Assembly (NCBI GenBank): GCA_964442285.1
Contig: CAYTZH010000022.1
Span: 6,120-70,119, forward strand
Direction of reading: 5' to 3'
DNA: 64,000 nt
Source of the DNA: an uncultured Spirochaetales bacterium
GTDB lineage: Bacteria > Myxococcota_A > UBA9160 > JAFDET01
Of this stretch, positions 22,482 through 31,526 are shown piece after piece. Within the stretch, counting starts at the first letter, position 1. The number at the start of each line of letters is the position of its first letter. The notes under the pieces were generated by a model. The model was not told where the DNA came from and ran no database searches. It saw only the letters and a list, made by a program, of their open reading frames with translations. Both the position numbers and the translations under genes were made by a program.

Positions 22482-23930
22482 CTAGTGCTGGAGGAATTCG
22501 GGGCTGGCGACGAGCATGCCGAGGATCTCCTCGGCCACCCGGCGCTGATCGTTCCGGACGTAGTCGGGCAGGTTGGCCACGTAGTCGAGGACCCGGAGGC
22601 GGGTCGGGCTCGAGACGCTGGTCACGAACACGCGCGAGATGAGCGCGTCGGCGATCTCCTCGGGCGTGCCCGTCTCGTCGAGGGCGAACTGCAGGCCGTG
22701 CCAGCCCCGCGCCGTCTCGTAGCCGATGTTGAAGCGCGCCAGCAGCGTCCCGTTGCCCGACCAGTAGGTGGAGCTCTCGGGATAGCCCGTGGGCGGGGCC
22801 GCCATGAAGAGCTCCTCGCCGAGGCCGACCAGATCCCAGGCGAAGCGCCCGGGAAGCTCGTCCCCGGTGGCATCGAGGGCCCGGGCCAGGCTCGCCAGGA
22901 AGACCAGGGGCCGTTTCACCTTGGGCGGCTGGTTCACGGGGGCGAACAGGAAGGCCGGCGACTTGAGCAGGGTCTCCATGACGGCCCGCAGGTCGCCGTC
23001 GGTGCGGAGCCACTCCGCCTGGATCTCCTGCACGAGGGCCTCGGGGGGCGTCTCCGAGACGAACCGCTCCACCAGCTTGCGGCTCACGAACTCGGCCGTG
23101 GTGGGATGCCGGGCCAGCAGCGTGAGCACCTGCAGACCGTCGTCCATGCCGCCGCCGGCGGGGATGACCTGGCCGAGCACCAGCTTCTCGCCGTCGTCGT
23201 GACGCTCGTCGCGGTAGATGAAGCCCGTCTCGCTGTCGCTGGCGTCGTAGTCCGTGGTCCAGCCGGTGAAGCAGCGGGCCACCTCGAGGATGTCCTGTTC
23301 GGTGTAGGGCCCGTCCACGCCCAGGGTGTGGAGCTCCATCAGCTCGCGGGCGTAGTTCTCGTTGAGGCCCCAGCGGCTATTCTCGTCGTTGTCGAGGTAG
23401 TCCATCATGGCCGCCGACTCGGCGGTGGCGCGCAGCAGGTCCTCGAAGCGACCGAGAACGTGGGGCGCGATGACCTGCCGCTCGTAGGGCACCAGGCCCG
23501 TCTCGGCGAGGCCGTTGCCGCCGAAGACGTTGAAGTGATCGAACCAGAAGTCGATCAACACGGCCTCCAGCTGACGCCGGCTGTAGATGGCCCGAAGGAT
23601 CTTGGCCTGGGTGAGCTGCTGGCGCGCCTGCCACCCGTCGATCGAGCTGTCGCGGACCTGCCGGTAGCTCATCGGGAGCACCGGGTAGGCCGCTTCCATG
23701 GCGGCATAGGTGGGGTCCGCGATCGAGGCCGGGTTGAGCTGCTCGTCGAGGTAGGGATCGACCCCGAGCGTGTCGAGGCGGTCGTAGCTCCAGGTATCGG
23801 GTCCGTAGCCGGCCCGCTGGAGCACGTGGACCTGAAGGTGCGTCTTCAGGGCCTGGTCCAGCTCTCCGTCCGCGCAGGCGACCAGGAACCCGAGACTCAG
23901 GACGCCGAGCGACGTAGCGAGCTTGCGCAT
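22482..23930 (-). CDS. DUF1800-family lipoprotein
   Basis: MRKLATSLGVLSLGFLVAC signal with lipobox; FWFDHFNVF and ELHTLGVDGPYTEQDILEVARCFTGW motifs. ATG 23930 preferred over track start 24155. Confidence 0.8.
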   Translation of the reverse strand: MRKLATSLGVLSLGFLVACADGELDQALKTHLQVHVLQRAGYGPDTWSYDRLDTLGVDPYLDEQLNPASIADPTYAAMEAAYPVLPMSYRQVRDSSIDGWQARQQLTQAKILRAIYSRRQLEAVLIDFWFDHFNVFGGNGLAETGLVPYERQVIAPHVLGRFEDLLRATAESAAMMDYLDNDENSRWGLNENYARELMELHTLGVDGPYTEQDILEVARCFTGWTTDYDASDSETGFIYRDERHDDGEKLVLGQVIPAGGGMDDGLQVLTLLARHPTTAEFVSRKLVERFVSETPPEALVQEIQAEWLRTDGDLRAVMETLLKSPAFLFAPVNQPPKVKRPLVFLASLARALDATGDELPGRFAWDLVGLGEELFMAAPPTGYPESSTYWSGNGTLLARFNIGYETARGWHGLQFALDETGTPEEIADALISRVFVTSVSSPTRLRVLDYVANLPDYVRNDQRRVAEEILGMLVASPEFLQH

Positions 23931-24153
23931 CCGATTCTCCGCAATGGCCAGAGCCGCGTCCCCGCGACGCGCGCCGTGTGTTGGACAGAGCATCGGCCCT
24001 GGCGGCGGCCGCCTCCGTGACGGCCCCCACCAACCCGCGGGGTGAACGAGGGGAGCGCCCTGCAGCGGGAATCCGATCGGTGACGATCGCGTCGCAAGTT
24101 CCGTCGGGGTAAGCTGCCGGCGCGTGATCCGTCGCCAGGAAGACCCCTTCTCC

Positions 24154-25317
24154 ATGACCGCGGACCCGGACGCCTACGTCCCCCGCGAGGCCATGGAGCG
24201 CGCGCGCACCGAGCTGGCGCGCTGCGTGCTGGAGGAGGCCTCGCCGATCGCCCTCACCGGGCCGGCGGGTCTGGGCAAGACGCTGCTGCTGCGGCTGCTC
24301 GCGCGGCAGATGGCCGGGCGCGTGCAGTGCGTCTACCTGCCGTACCCGGCGCTGCCGGCCGAAGACCTCTGCCGCTGGACCCTCCACGAGCTGGGCGAGA
24401 CGCCCGAGGGCGATCCGGGCGACCAGCTCGTCGCCACGGCGCTGCGTCGGGCGGCGAGCGCCACCCCCGTGCTGCTGATGATCGACGACGCGGCGCTGCT
24501 GCCGCCGGAGAGCGCCGCGCGCCTCGCCGTGCTCTGCGAGGCGTCCGAGGGCGCGCTGCGGGTGCTGGTGACCGCCGCCGACGGCCCCGAGCGCACCCGC
24601 GAGGTGCTCCAGGCCCTGGGGCCGCGCGTGCGGGTGGTGCGGCTCGACCAGGCCATGAACGCCAGCGAGACGAGCCTGTACCTGCGCGAGCGGCTCACCG
24701 GCGCCCGCGCCTCCCCGGCCACCCGCGACCGCTTCGACGAGATCACCGCGGCGGGGCTCTTCCGGGAGTCGGGCGGGGTTCCCCGCCGCCTGCACCAGCT
24801 CGCGTCGGAGATGCTCCTCGGCCTGGTGGACCTCGAGCACGAGCCGCCCGAGCCGAAGCCGAGCGCGCGGCTGAGCGCGCAGCTCCCGGAGCCCGAGCCG
24901 ACCCCGCCCCCGGAAGGCCCGGTGGCGCTGCCGACGCCCGCGCGCTCGCTGATCCGCGAGGCGGAGGAGGAGGCGGACGCCGAGCTCGCCATGGCCCGCA
25001 GTCGCGCGCTCGCCGACGCGGGCGAGGTCGAGCCGCCGGCGGGGGCCGAGCCGCCGGCCGAGACCGATCCCCTGGAGCTCGACGCCGAGCCCGACCTGCT
25101 CGACGTCGGAGACCTGGAGGGTCCCGAGGGCTGGCAGGACTCATCCACCCGGGGCGCGCGACCCCGGCACCGGGAGCGGCCGCCGCCGGCGCCGTTCCCC
25201 GCCTACCGGGGGCTGGCCCTGGTGCTGCTGCTGCTGGCCGCGCTGGCCTTCGGCGTACCGCTGGCGGCGTCGCTGCTGGCGTCGGACCCCGCCGCCACGG
25301 TGCTCGGCATTCCGTAG
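24154..25317 (+). CDS. ExeA/GspA-like AAA ATPase with Pro/Glu-rich linker and C-terminal TM anchor
   Basis: Walker A GPAGLGKT, Walker B LLMIDDA, AAA_22-like layout. C-terminal LALVLLLLAALAFGVPLAASLL. Confidence 0.6.
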   Translation: MTADPDAYVPREAMERARTELARCVLEEASPIALTGPAGLGKTLLLRLLARQMAGRVQCVYLPYPALPAEDLCRWTLHELGETPEGDPGDQLVATALRRAASATPVLLMIDDAALLPPESAARLAVLCEASEGALRVLVTAADGPERTREVLQALGPRVRVVRLDQAMNASETSLYLRERLTGARASPATRDRFDEITAAGLFRESGGVPRRLHQLASEMLLGLVDLEHEPPEPKPSARLSAQLPEPEPTPPPEGPVALPTPARSLIREAEEEADAELAMARSRALADAGEVEPPAGAEPPAETDPLELDAEPDLLDVGDLEGPEGWQDSSTRGARPRHRERPPPAPFPAYRGLALVLLLLAALAFGVPLAASLLASDPAATVLGIP

Positions 25318-26132
25318 ACCAGGCCCGGCAGCAGGAACGCCACCAGGGTGCCCGTGCCGAACCCGAGCACGCTTCCCACCAGGGCATCGCTCGGGTAGTG
25401 GGCGCCCACGTACAGACGGGTGGCGGAATGCAGCGTGGCCCAGGCCAGGAGCAGGGCGCGGCGGCCCGCGTGGCGCAGGGACCAGAACAGGGGCGTCAGC
25501 AGGGCGAAGAGCGAGGCCGCGTGCCCGGACGGGTAGCCGGTGCCGCGCTTCGGGTCCTCGTCGGCCAGGCGCCGCAGCAGGTGGTTCCAGGCCTCGTTGT
25601 CCCGGTGCAGGGGCCGCACCCGGTACGGCGCACCCTCCACCAGCAGCTTGACCGCGATCTGGGTCAGGGCGATGGCGACCAGGGTCCAGAGAAAGGCGCG
25701 CCACAGACGCGCCTGGGTGTCGGCGTCGAGGCGGCCGAAGCTCTGGCTCACCGCGGCGAACCCCAGGACCGAGACGGCCGCCAGGCCGTAGACCGGGGAG
25801 TCCAGGGCGTACTTCTCGAGCAGCCGCACGCAGCAGACCCCGCCCACGACGAGCCCGATCGCGGGGTACACCGCCCGCAGCAGGCGCGGCGCGACCCAGC
25901 CCCGCGCGGTGAGCTGGTAGCCCAGGGCCCAGACCACGAAGAGCACCGCGAAGGCCGGCATGGAGAAGTCCGTGAGGCCCACCACGAAGGCGTCGAGGGC
26001 GACCGGAGCCGCGTCCGGATTGGCGGCCAGCAGCCAGGGCCGCTCCGCGGTCTCGTCCAGGAGGAAGCGCAGGCCGAACGCCGCGCCGGTCAGGGCGGCG
26101 ACGCCGGCGAGCAGGCGCAGCCAGGCCCTCAC
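25203..26132 (-). CDS. PAP2-family phosphatase (membrane)
   Basis: KRGTGYPSGHAA ... YVGAHYPSDALVG motifs. GTG 26132 overlaps the stop of the upstream GT39 gene (GTGA). Confidence 0.75.
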   Translation of the reverse strand: MRAWLRLLAGVAALTGAAFGLRFLLDETAERPWLLAANPDAAPVALDAFVVGLTDFSMPAFAVLFVVWALGYQLTARGWVAPRLLRAVYPAIGLVVGGVCCVRLLEKYALDSPVYGLAAVSVLGFAAVSQSFGRLDADTQARLWRAFLWTLVAIALTQIAVKLLVEGAPYRVRPLHRDNEAWNHLLRRLADEDPKRGTGYPSGHAASLFALLTPLFWSLRHAGRRALLLAWATLHSATRLYVGAHYPSDALVGSVLGFGTGTLVAFLLPGLVYGMPSTVAAGSDASSDAASGTPKASAASSSSTRASPR

Positions 26133-27994
26133 GGCGTCCCTTCGGCCAGGGCGGGCGCGCGGCTGCGCACCAGCCAGATCTCCCACTCCCGGGTGCGCGG
26201 GAAGATCCGCCCCCGCACGGTGTCGACGTGCTCGTAGGCCAGGGGGCCCAGCGCGATCACCCGGTCGAAGCGCGCCTTGGGCGCGTTGGCGATCACCAGC
26301 AGGGCCGGGCCCTCCGCCAGCGCCCGGGCCACGCCCTCCGTATCGCGGATCCGCTCGGGCTCGACCGGGAGGGTCGGGAGCGCGTAGCCCACGCTGGCCT
26401 CGGTGAACTTGTGGAAGAGCAGCCGCTCGCCCGGCCGCCAGTGGCGCTCGATGGCCGCGGCCAGGGGCGCGGCGATGCGCAGGGGCTCGAGGGCGGGGAA
26501 GACCCCGCCGAAGGTCACCGCGTAGAGCGCGGCGGCGGCCAGGGCCAGCCCGGGAAAGAGGCGTCGGCTCCCGGCGAGCAGCGCCCGCCCGCCGAGCACC
26601 GCGCCCAGCACGGCGACCAGCGCCGCGGCGCCGGCGGACAGGCGCACCCAGCCCAGGTCGACGCGCAGCGCGAGCCCCGCGGCCACGACGGCCACACCCA
26701 GCACCGGCAGCGCGAACAGCGCGGCCTCGAGCCGCCGCCAACCGGCGGCCAGCGGGCCCGGCTCCCGCTCGCGACGCACCAGCTCCAGGGCCACGAGGGT
26801 CGCCAGGGCCGGGAACGTCGCCAGCATGTAGTGGGGCAGCTTGGTGCTCACCAGCTCGAGCAGCAGCCAGGGGCCGGCGAGCCAGGCCAGCAGGAAGCCG
26901 CGTGTGGGCGCGATGCCGTTGCGGCGGACGCCGAGCCAGAGCGCCGCCGGGAGCAGCGCGCCCCAGGGCAGCAGCGCGATCGGGGTCGTGGCCAGGTAGT
27001 AGCCCGGCACACCGGCGTGTCCCTCGAAGGGGCGGGCCGTGCGCGCCACGAGATCCCCCTCGACGCCGCGGCTCCAGAAGCCGCCGTCGGTGGCGAGGAG
27101 GGCCGGCACGCCCCAGGCGGCGAACAGGCCGAGCGCGAGGGGCGCGCCCCAGATGGCGCCGAGCGCCACCCAGCCGCGACGGCCTTCGTCGCGCGCCAGA
27201 CTGCGCACCGCGAAGAAGCCGAGGGTCCCCACCAGCACGGCCGTGCCCAGTGCCCCCGCCCCGGGAATGGCCACCGCCAGCACGCCCACGGCCAGCGCCG
27301 CCGCGAGCCCGCGGCGCGCGCGCGGCCCGAGCGCGGGCACGGCCAACGCCGCACCGGCCGCGCCGAGGTAGGCCACGTTCACGAGCTTGGCCAGGGCGCC
27401 CCAGGTGACGCCCAGCCAGAAGGCCGCGCGCCAGGGTCCGCGACGCACGTCCGGGTCGTGGCGCAGCAGCGCCCAGGCCCAGAAGGAGGCCGAGGTGCCG
27501 AGCAGCAGCGCCGCATCCGCGGTGAAGGCGTGGGCCTGGATCACGGCGAAGACCGTCGTCGCCAGGATCCAGCCCGCCCGCAGCCCCACCGCCGGACCGA
27601 AGAGGCGCGCGGCGGCCCAGGCCGTGAGCACCACGGTGCCGGTCATGGAGAGGGCCGAGGGCAGGCGCAGGGCGAACACGCTCGTGCCGAGCAGCCCCTG
27701 GGAGAGGAGCCCCAGCCAGTAGATCAGGATGGGCTTCTGGTGGCGGAGCTCGCCCCAGTTGGTGGGGACCAGCCAGTCGCCCCGGTCGGCCATCTCGCGC
27801 ACGGCCAGGGCGAAGCGCGCCTCGTCCCGGTCGACCACGCCCACGCCGTCGCTGCCGACCAGGAACAGGGCCAGGGACCCCAGGGCGAGCCCCAGCAGGG
27901 GCAGGCCCAGGCCGGCCGGCTTGTGCGTGTCGGAATCCCCCATCCGCAGCCGAGGGTCCACCATCTTCAGGTTCCCGTCACCCGCTGTTTGCAT
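26129..27994 (-). CDS. ArnT/PMT-like glycosyltransferase (family 39/83), polytopic
   Basis: DEARFALAVREMADRGDWLVPTNWGELRHQKPILIYWL motif and about 12 TM segments. Start could instead be ATG 27964 or 27943. Confidence 0.75.
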   Translation of the reverse strand: MQTAGDGNLKMVDPRLRMGDSDTHKPAGLGLPLLGLALGSLALFLVGSDGVGVVDRDEARFALAVREMADRGDWLVPTNWGELRHQKPILIYWLGLLSQGLLGTSVFALRLPSALSMTGTVVLTAWAAARLFGPAVGLRAGWILATTVFAVIQAHAFTADAALLLGTSASFWAWALLRHDPDVRRGPWRAAFWLGVTWGALAKLVNVAYLGAAGAALAVPALGPRARRGLAAALAVGVLAVAIPGAGALGTAVLVGTLGFFAVRSLARDEGRRGWVALGAIWGAPLALGLFAAWGVPALLATDGGFWSRGVEGDLVARTARPFEGHAGVPGYYLATTPIALLPWGALLPAALWLGVRRNGIAPTRGFLLAWLAGPWLLLELVSTKLPHYMLATFPALATLVALELVRREREPGPLAAGWRRLEAALFALPVLGVAVVAAGLALRVDLGWVRLSAGAAALVAVLGAVLGGRALLAGSRRLFPGLALAAAALYAVTFGGVFPALEPLRIAAPLAAAIERHWRPGERLLFHKFTEASVGYALPTLPVEPERIRDTEGVARALAEGPALLVIANAPKARFDRVIALGPLAYEHVDTVRGRIFPRTREWEIWLVRSRAPALAEGTP

Positions 27995-28014
27995 CCGGCG
28001 TCAGGACCGGTAGG

Positions 28015-28872
28015 GTGCCGCGCGTGGGGGGATTCCGACCGCAGCCGGACGCCGCCTGGGGCGGGTCGGACGGCTCCCGGGGCCGTTCGCGCTGGCTGAT
28101 CGTGACGGCCCTGGTGGCGCTGATCCTGGCCTGGCTGCCCTTCGACGGCCGGGTGCTGGGCTTCGTGCAGAGCACGGGCCTCGACGAGTGGATCTCCGAG
28201 CGGGAGGGCCTGCGCTGGACCCTCCAGGTCTACGCGCGCTGGTACGGCACCACGGCGCTGGCGCTCTACGTGCTCTGGCGTCGCCGCAGCCTGCGCACCG
28301 CCCTGGCTATGGGCCTGATCTGCACCCTGACCGGCTTCTGCATCGGCTTCGTGAAGATGGGCGTCGGCCGCACCCGGCCCGGCCCCGCCGTGCGCGCCAC
28401 GGGCCAGTACGACGGCCGCTTCGAGGGCCCCATGTTCGGCATCCAGAGCTCCGCCTACCGCGCCTTCCCGTCGGGCCACACGGGCAACGCCGTGGCCAAC
28501 ACGGTCATGCTGGCGCGCCTGCTGCCGGGCCACCCGGGGCTCACCGCCGTCACCTGGACCCTCACGGGCATCGTGGGCGTCGAGCGCGTCGTCCACGCCA
28601 AGCACTACCCCGCCGACGTGGTGGGCGGCGTGCTCTTCGGCTGGCTCTTCGCCATCTGGCTGGCGGGCCGCCGCTGGCTCCACCGCCTGGCCGCGGCCCT
28701 GGCCTGGCCCTTCGAACGCGCCCTCGAGCGCCTGGGCTGGCCCGTGCTGGTGGAGCTCGGCGGCCGTGCCGCCGGCCAGCCCGGCGCCGAGACCGGCAGC
28801 ACTCCCAACCCCCGTGGGGGCGAGCCCCGCACCGGGACCGCGCCAGTGGACGCCGCTCCCCAACGGGGCTAA
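28015..28872 (+). CDS. PAP2-family phosphatase (membrane)
   Basis: KMGVGRTRPGP ... FPSGHTGNA ... VERVVHAKHYPADVVGG motifs. Confidence 0.75.
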   Translation: MPRVGGFRPQPDAAWGGSDGSRGRSRWLIVTALVALILAWLPFDGRVLGFVQSTGLDEWISEREGLRWTLQVYARWYGTTALALYVLWRRRSLRTALAMGLICTLTGFCIGFVKMGVGRTRPGPAVRATGQYDGRFEGPMFGIQSSAYRAFPSGHTGNAVANTVMLARLLPGHPGLTAVTWTLTGIVGVERVVHAKHYPADVVGGVLFGWLFAIWLAGRRWLHRLAAALAWPFERALERLGWPVLVELGGRAAGQPGAETGSTPNPRGGEPRTGTAPVDAAPQRG

Positions 28873-28884
28873 CTCTGCGTCTGT

Positions 28885-28961
28885 CGGGCCGTAGCGCAGC
28901 TTGGTAGCGCGCCTGAATGGGGTTCAGGAGGTCGGGAGTTCAAATCTCCCCGGCCCGACCA
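28885..28961 (+). tRNA. tRNA-Pro (anticodon GGG)
   Basis: Hand-folded cloverleaf: acceptor cgggccg/cggcccg, anticodon stem cctga/tcagg with loop atGGGgt, T arm gggag-ttcaaat-ctccc, encoded CCA. Confidence 0.9.
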
Positions 28962-29324
28962 TGGATTCGGTCGCCTGGCCGATCACTTCCGCGGGCCCGG
29001 TTTCCTTCGGCAGACGCTGGGTGCGCTCCGACCTCGCCACAGTCGCTGTCGCCACTCGGCGCTCCTGCACACGGCGATCTCGCCGGGCGCAACACCGAGT
29101 GCTTGAGTACGACCCCAGGATCGGGAGTCCTGGAGCCACGGCTTCGGCACCCACCCGACGCGGCGGAAGGGCGGGCAGCGGCTGTCCACTGCGGGCTATC
29201 CTGGCGATCGCTCTGCAATGTCGGCTCCGGGTTCGCCGGCCCGCGTGTGGGGGTGTCGTGGCGGTGACACCTTGCCGCGGTGGGCGCGGCGAGCGGGGTG
29301 CGGGAGCGGAAGGAGAGGGAATCG

Positions 29325-29807
29325 GTGAGCCGGAGCGCTCGGGATCTGATGCAAGTCGAGGTTCGCTCGGTCCCGCCGGACCTGGCCGTGACCGAGCTCG
29401 ACAAGGCCTTCGTGGACGCCGGCGTTGGCGGGTTCCCGGTCGTCGAGGACGGGCGTCTGGTGGGCATCGTCTCGCGCAGCGACGTCGTCCGCCAGCTCTA
29501 CGTCGAGCTCGCCCTCTCGGAGTACGTCTCCGACTTCTACCGCGACGTCGACGGGTCGACGCCCGACGGGCTCGAGAGCCTCGAGGCCATGGGCCGGCGG
29601 GCCGGTTCCCGTGTCGCGGGGATGCGGGTCGCGGACGTGATGATGCATCGACTGATCACGGTGACGCCGGACCAGCCCATCGCAGAGGTCGCGCGGGTGC
29701 TCGTGGACCACCACATCCACCGGCTGCCCGTCGTCGAGGACGGGCGTCTGGTGGGCATCCTCACGAGTCTCGACCTGGTGCGGCTGCTCGCGGAAGGGCG
29801 GGTCTAG
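29325..29807 (+). CDS. CBS-domain pair protein
   Basis: Two CBS repeats (GFPVVEDGRLVGIVSRSDV and HRLPVVEDGRLVGILTSLDL). GTG 29325 follows GGAAGGAGAGGG. Confidence 0.8.
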   Translation: MSRSARDLMQVEVRSVPPDLAVTELDKAFVDAGVGGFPVVEDGRLVGIVSRSDVVRQLYVELALSEYVSDFYRDVDGSTPDGLESLEAMGRRAGSRVAGMRVADVMMHRLITVTPDQPIAEVARVLVDHHIHRLPVVEDGRLVGILTSLDLVRLLAEGRV

Positions 29808-30145
29808 CGGGCGGGAGGGCGCGGTCGGCGCCCCACGACGCCGACGTCGCGGACCGGCTCGAGCGCTCCGAGCCTCGAGCGCCTCGCGGGCTGGGTCTCG
29901 CCCACGGCAGACGTTGCGGGCGCCGGCGGATTCGCTACCTCCGGCCCGTCGTCTCGCGAGGCTGCCGGGGTCGAGGCCAGGTCGGCGCAGCCCCGGAAGT
30001 CCGCTCGCGAGCCCTGCGTCGAGGAGTCGACGCCCGGTCCCGGGCGTGGGTTCGACGTTTCCCCAGGATTCCGGAGTCTCCGGCGGGCCGTGCCCCGCGC
30101 GATCCCCGTTCGCGGCGCGGGGACCGGTCCAACCCGGGAGGTGGC

Positions 30146-31483
30146 GTGGGCACGCGAATCGGATCCGTCTCGCTCTCGCTGTTGCTGGCGACGCTGCTGG
30201 TCCTCACCGGCAACGGGCTCCTCAGCACCCTCGCGGCCATCCGGCTGGCGGAGGCAGAGAGCTCCGAGCTCCTCAGCGGGTGGGTGCTGGCGGGCTACTT
30301 CGCCGGCCTCATCGTGGGCACGCTGGTGCTGCCGCCCACCCTGCGGCGGGTCGGGAACATCCGCGGATTCACCGCGCTGACGGCCCTCGGTGTGGCTTCC
30401 GCGCTCGCCCACGGCTTCGTGTCACCGGGCGGGGGCTGGGCACTGCTGCGCCTGCTGAGCGGGCTCTCCATGGCGGGGGTGTACATGACGGTGGAGTCGT
30501 GGCTCCACGCCGACGCCGACCCCTCCCAGCGAGGTCGGGTGCTGGCGGCCTACCTGGTGGCGATCTACCTCGGCGCAGGCTTGGGCCAGAGCCTCGTGCC
30601 GCTCTGGCCCGGCAGCGCCCTGGAGGGCTTCGCCTTCGCCGCGCTCGTCGTCAGCGCGGCCGTGATCCCGGTCTCCCTGACCCGCACGCCCCAGCCGAAC
30701 CTCGAGCTCGGGGCGCGGCTCCCCGTCGGTGCCCTGCTGCGGGCGGCGCCGCTGGGGGCGACCGGTGCGCTCGTGTCGGGCTTCCTGTCGGGTACGGTGT
30801 TCGCGAGCCTCCCCCTCGCCGCCCGCACCCAGGGGCTCGCCGCGAGCGACGTCGCCGCGCTGATGGCCGCGGTCCTGCTGGGCGGTCTGCTCGGCCAGTG
30901 GCCGATCGGCTGGCTCTCCGATCGCATGGATCGCCGGGTGACGATCCTGCTCGCGACGACGGCGCTCGCCACGCTGTGCGGCGTGTTCCCGGGCTTCACC
31001 GAGATCTCCCTCGGTGCCCTCTGTGCGCTGGGGGGCGTGTTCGGCGCGCTGGCCTTCTCGCTCTACCCGCTGGCCGTCGCCCACGTGCTGGATCGGGTGG
31101 GGCCGGCGCAGGCCATGGGCGCCTCCGCCCAGACGCTTCTCGCCTCGTCCGCGGGGGCGGTGGTCGGGCCGGGGCTGGCCTCCGCGGCGTCGCACCGCTT
31201 CGGTGCCGGCGCGCTCTTCGCCGTCGACGGGCTCCTGCTCCTGGGCTTCGCATTGGTCGTCGGGGTCCGGATGCTCCGCTTCGCGGCGCCGCGGCAACGC
31301 GCCTTCCGGGCGCTGCCGCGCACGACGGCCTTCGTGAGCGAGCTGGACCCGCGAACCGGTGTCGGCGTCGAGCCGGGGGGCGGGCCGGCGGGGCCGGGTC
31401 CGTCCGCTGCGGCCCCCCAGGATGGGGATCTGGCGCAGGAATCCGGCGGTCTGGCGGTCGGGGGGCAGTCGATAAGAAAGTGA
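30146..31483 (+). CDS. MFS transporter
   Basis: 12 TM-like segments and the loop motif LRRVGNIRGF. GTG 30146 follows GGGAGG; the track ORF from 28901 is an extension across the tRNA. Confidence 0.7.
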   Translation: MGTRIGSVSLSLLLATLLVLTGNGLLSTLAAIRLAEAESSELLSGWVLAGYFAGLIVGTLVLPPTLRRVGNIRGFTALTALGVASALAHGFVSPGGGWALLRLLSGLSMAGVYMTVESWLHADADPSQRGRVLAAYLVAIYLGAGLGQSLVPLWPGSALEGFAFAALVVSAAVIPVSLTRTPQPNLELGARLPVGALLRAAPLGATGALVSGFLSGTVFASLPLAARTQGLAASDVAALMAAVLLGGLLGQWPIGWLSDRMDRRVTILLATTALATLCGVFPGFTEISLGALCALGGVFGALAFSLYPLAVAHVLDRVGPAQAMGASAQTLLASSAGAVVGPGLASAASHRFGAGALFAVDGLLLLGFALVVGVRMLRFAAPRQRAFRALPRTTAFVSELDPRTGVGVEPGGGPAGPGPSAAAPQDGDLAQESGGLAVGGQSIRK

Positions 31484-31497
31484 CAGCTCACTTTCTT
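31474..31497. promoter_or_regulatory. Perfect 10-bp inverted repeat AAGAAAGTGA-cagc-TCACTTTCTT (operator or terminator)
   Basis: AT-rich palindrome overlapping the MFS stop codon, 30 nt upstream of the activase ATG. Confidence 0.4.
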
Positions 31498-31526
31498 TAT
31501 GGCGCTGGACGCTCTATGCTTGCGGC

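Noticed and set aside
25203-25317. 115-bp convergent overlap between the ExeA-like gene and the PAP2 gene
   Set aside because: The PAP2 tail in the overlap (Ser/Ala-rich) looks like the antisense reading of the other gene's TM segment. This is probably just a late stop codon in a GC-rich frame, not a functional overlap.
28962-29324. Integrated mobile element at tRNA-Pro
   Set aside because: I saw no integrase, excisionase or transposase ORF anywhere downstream, and no repeat of the tRNA 3' end by eye. It is kept only as a low-interest boundary note.
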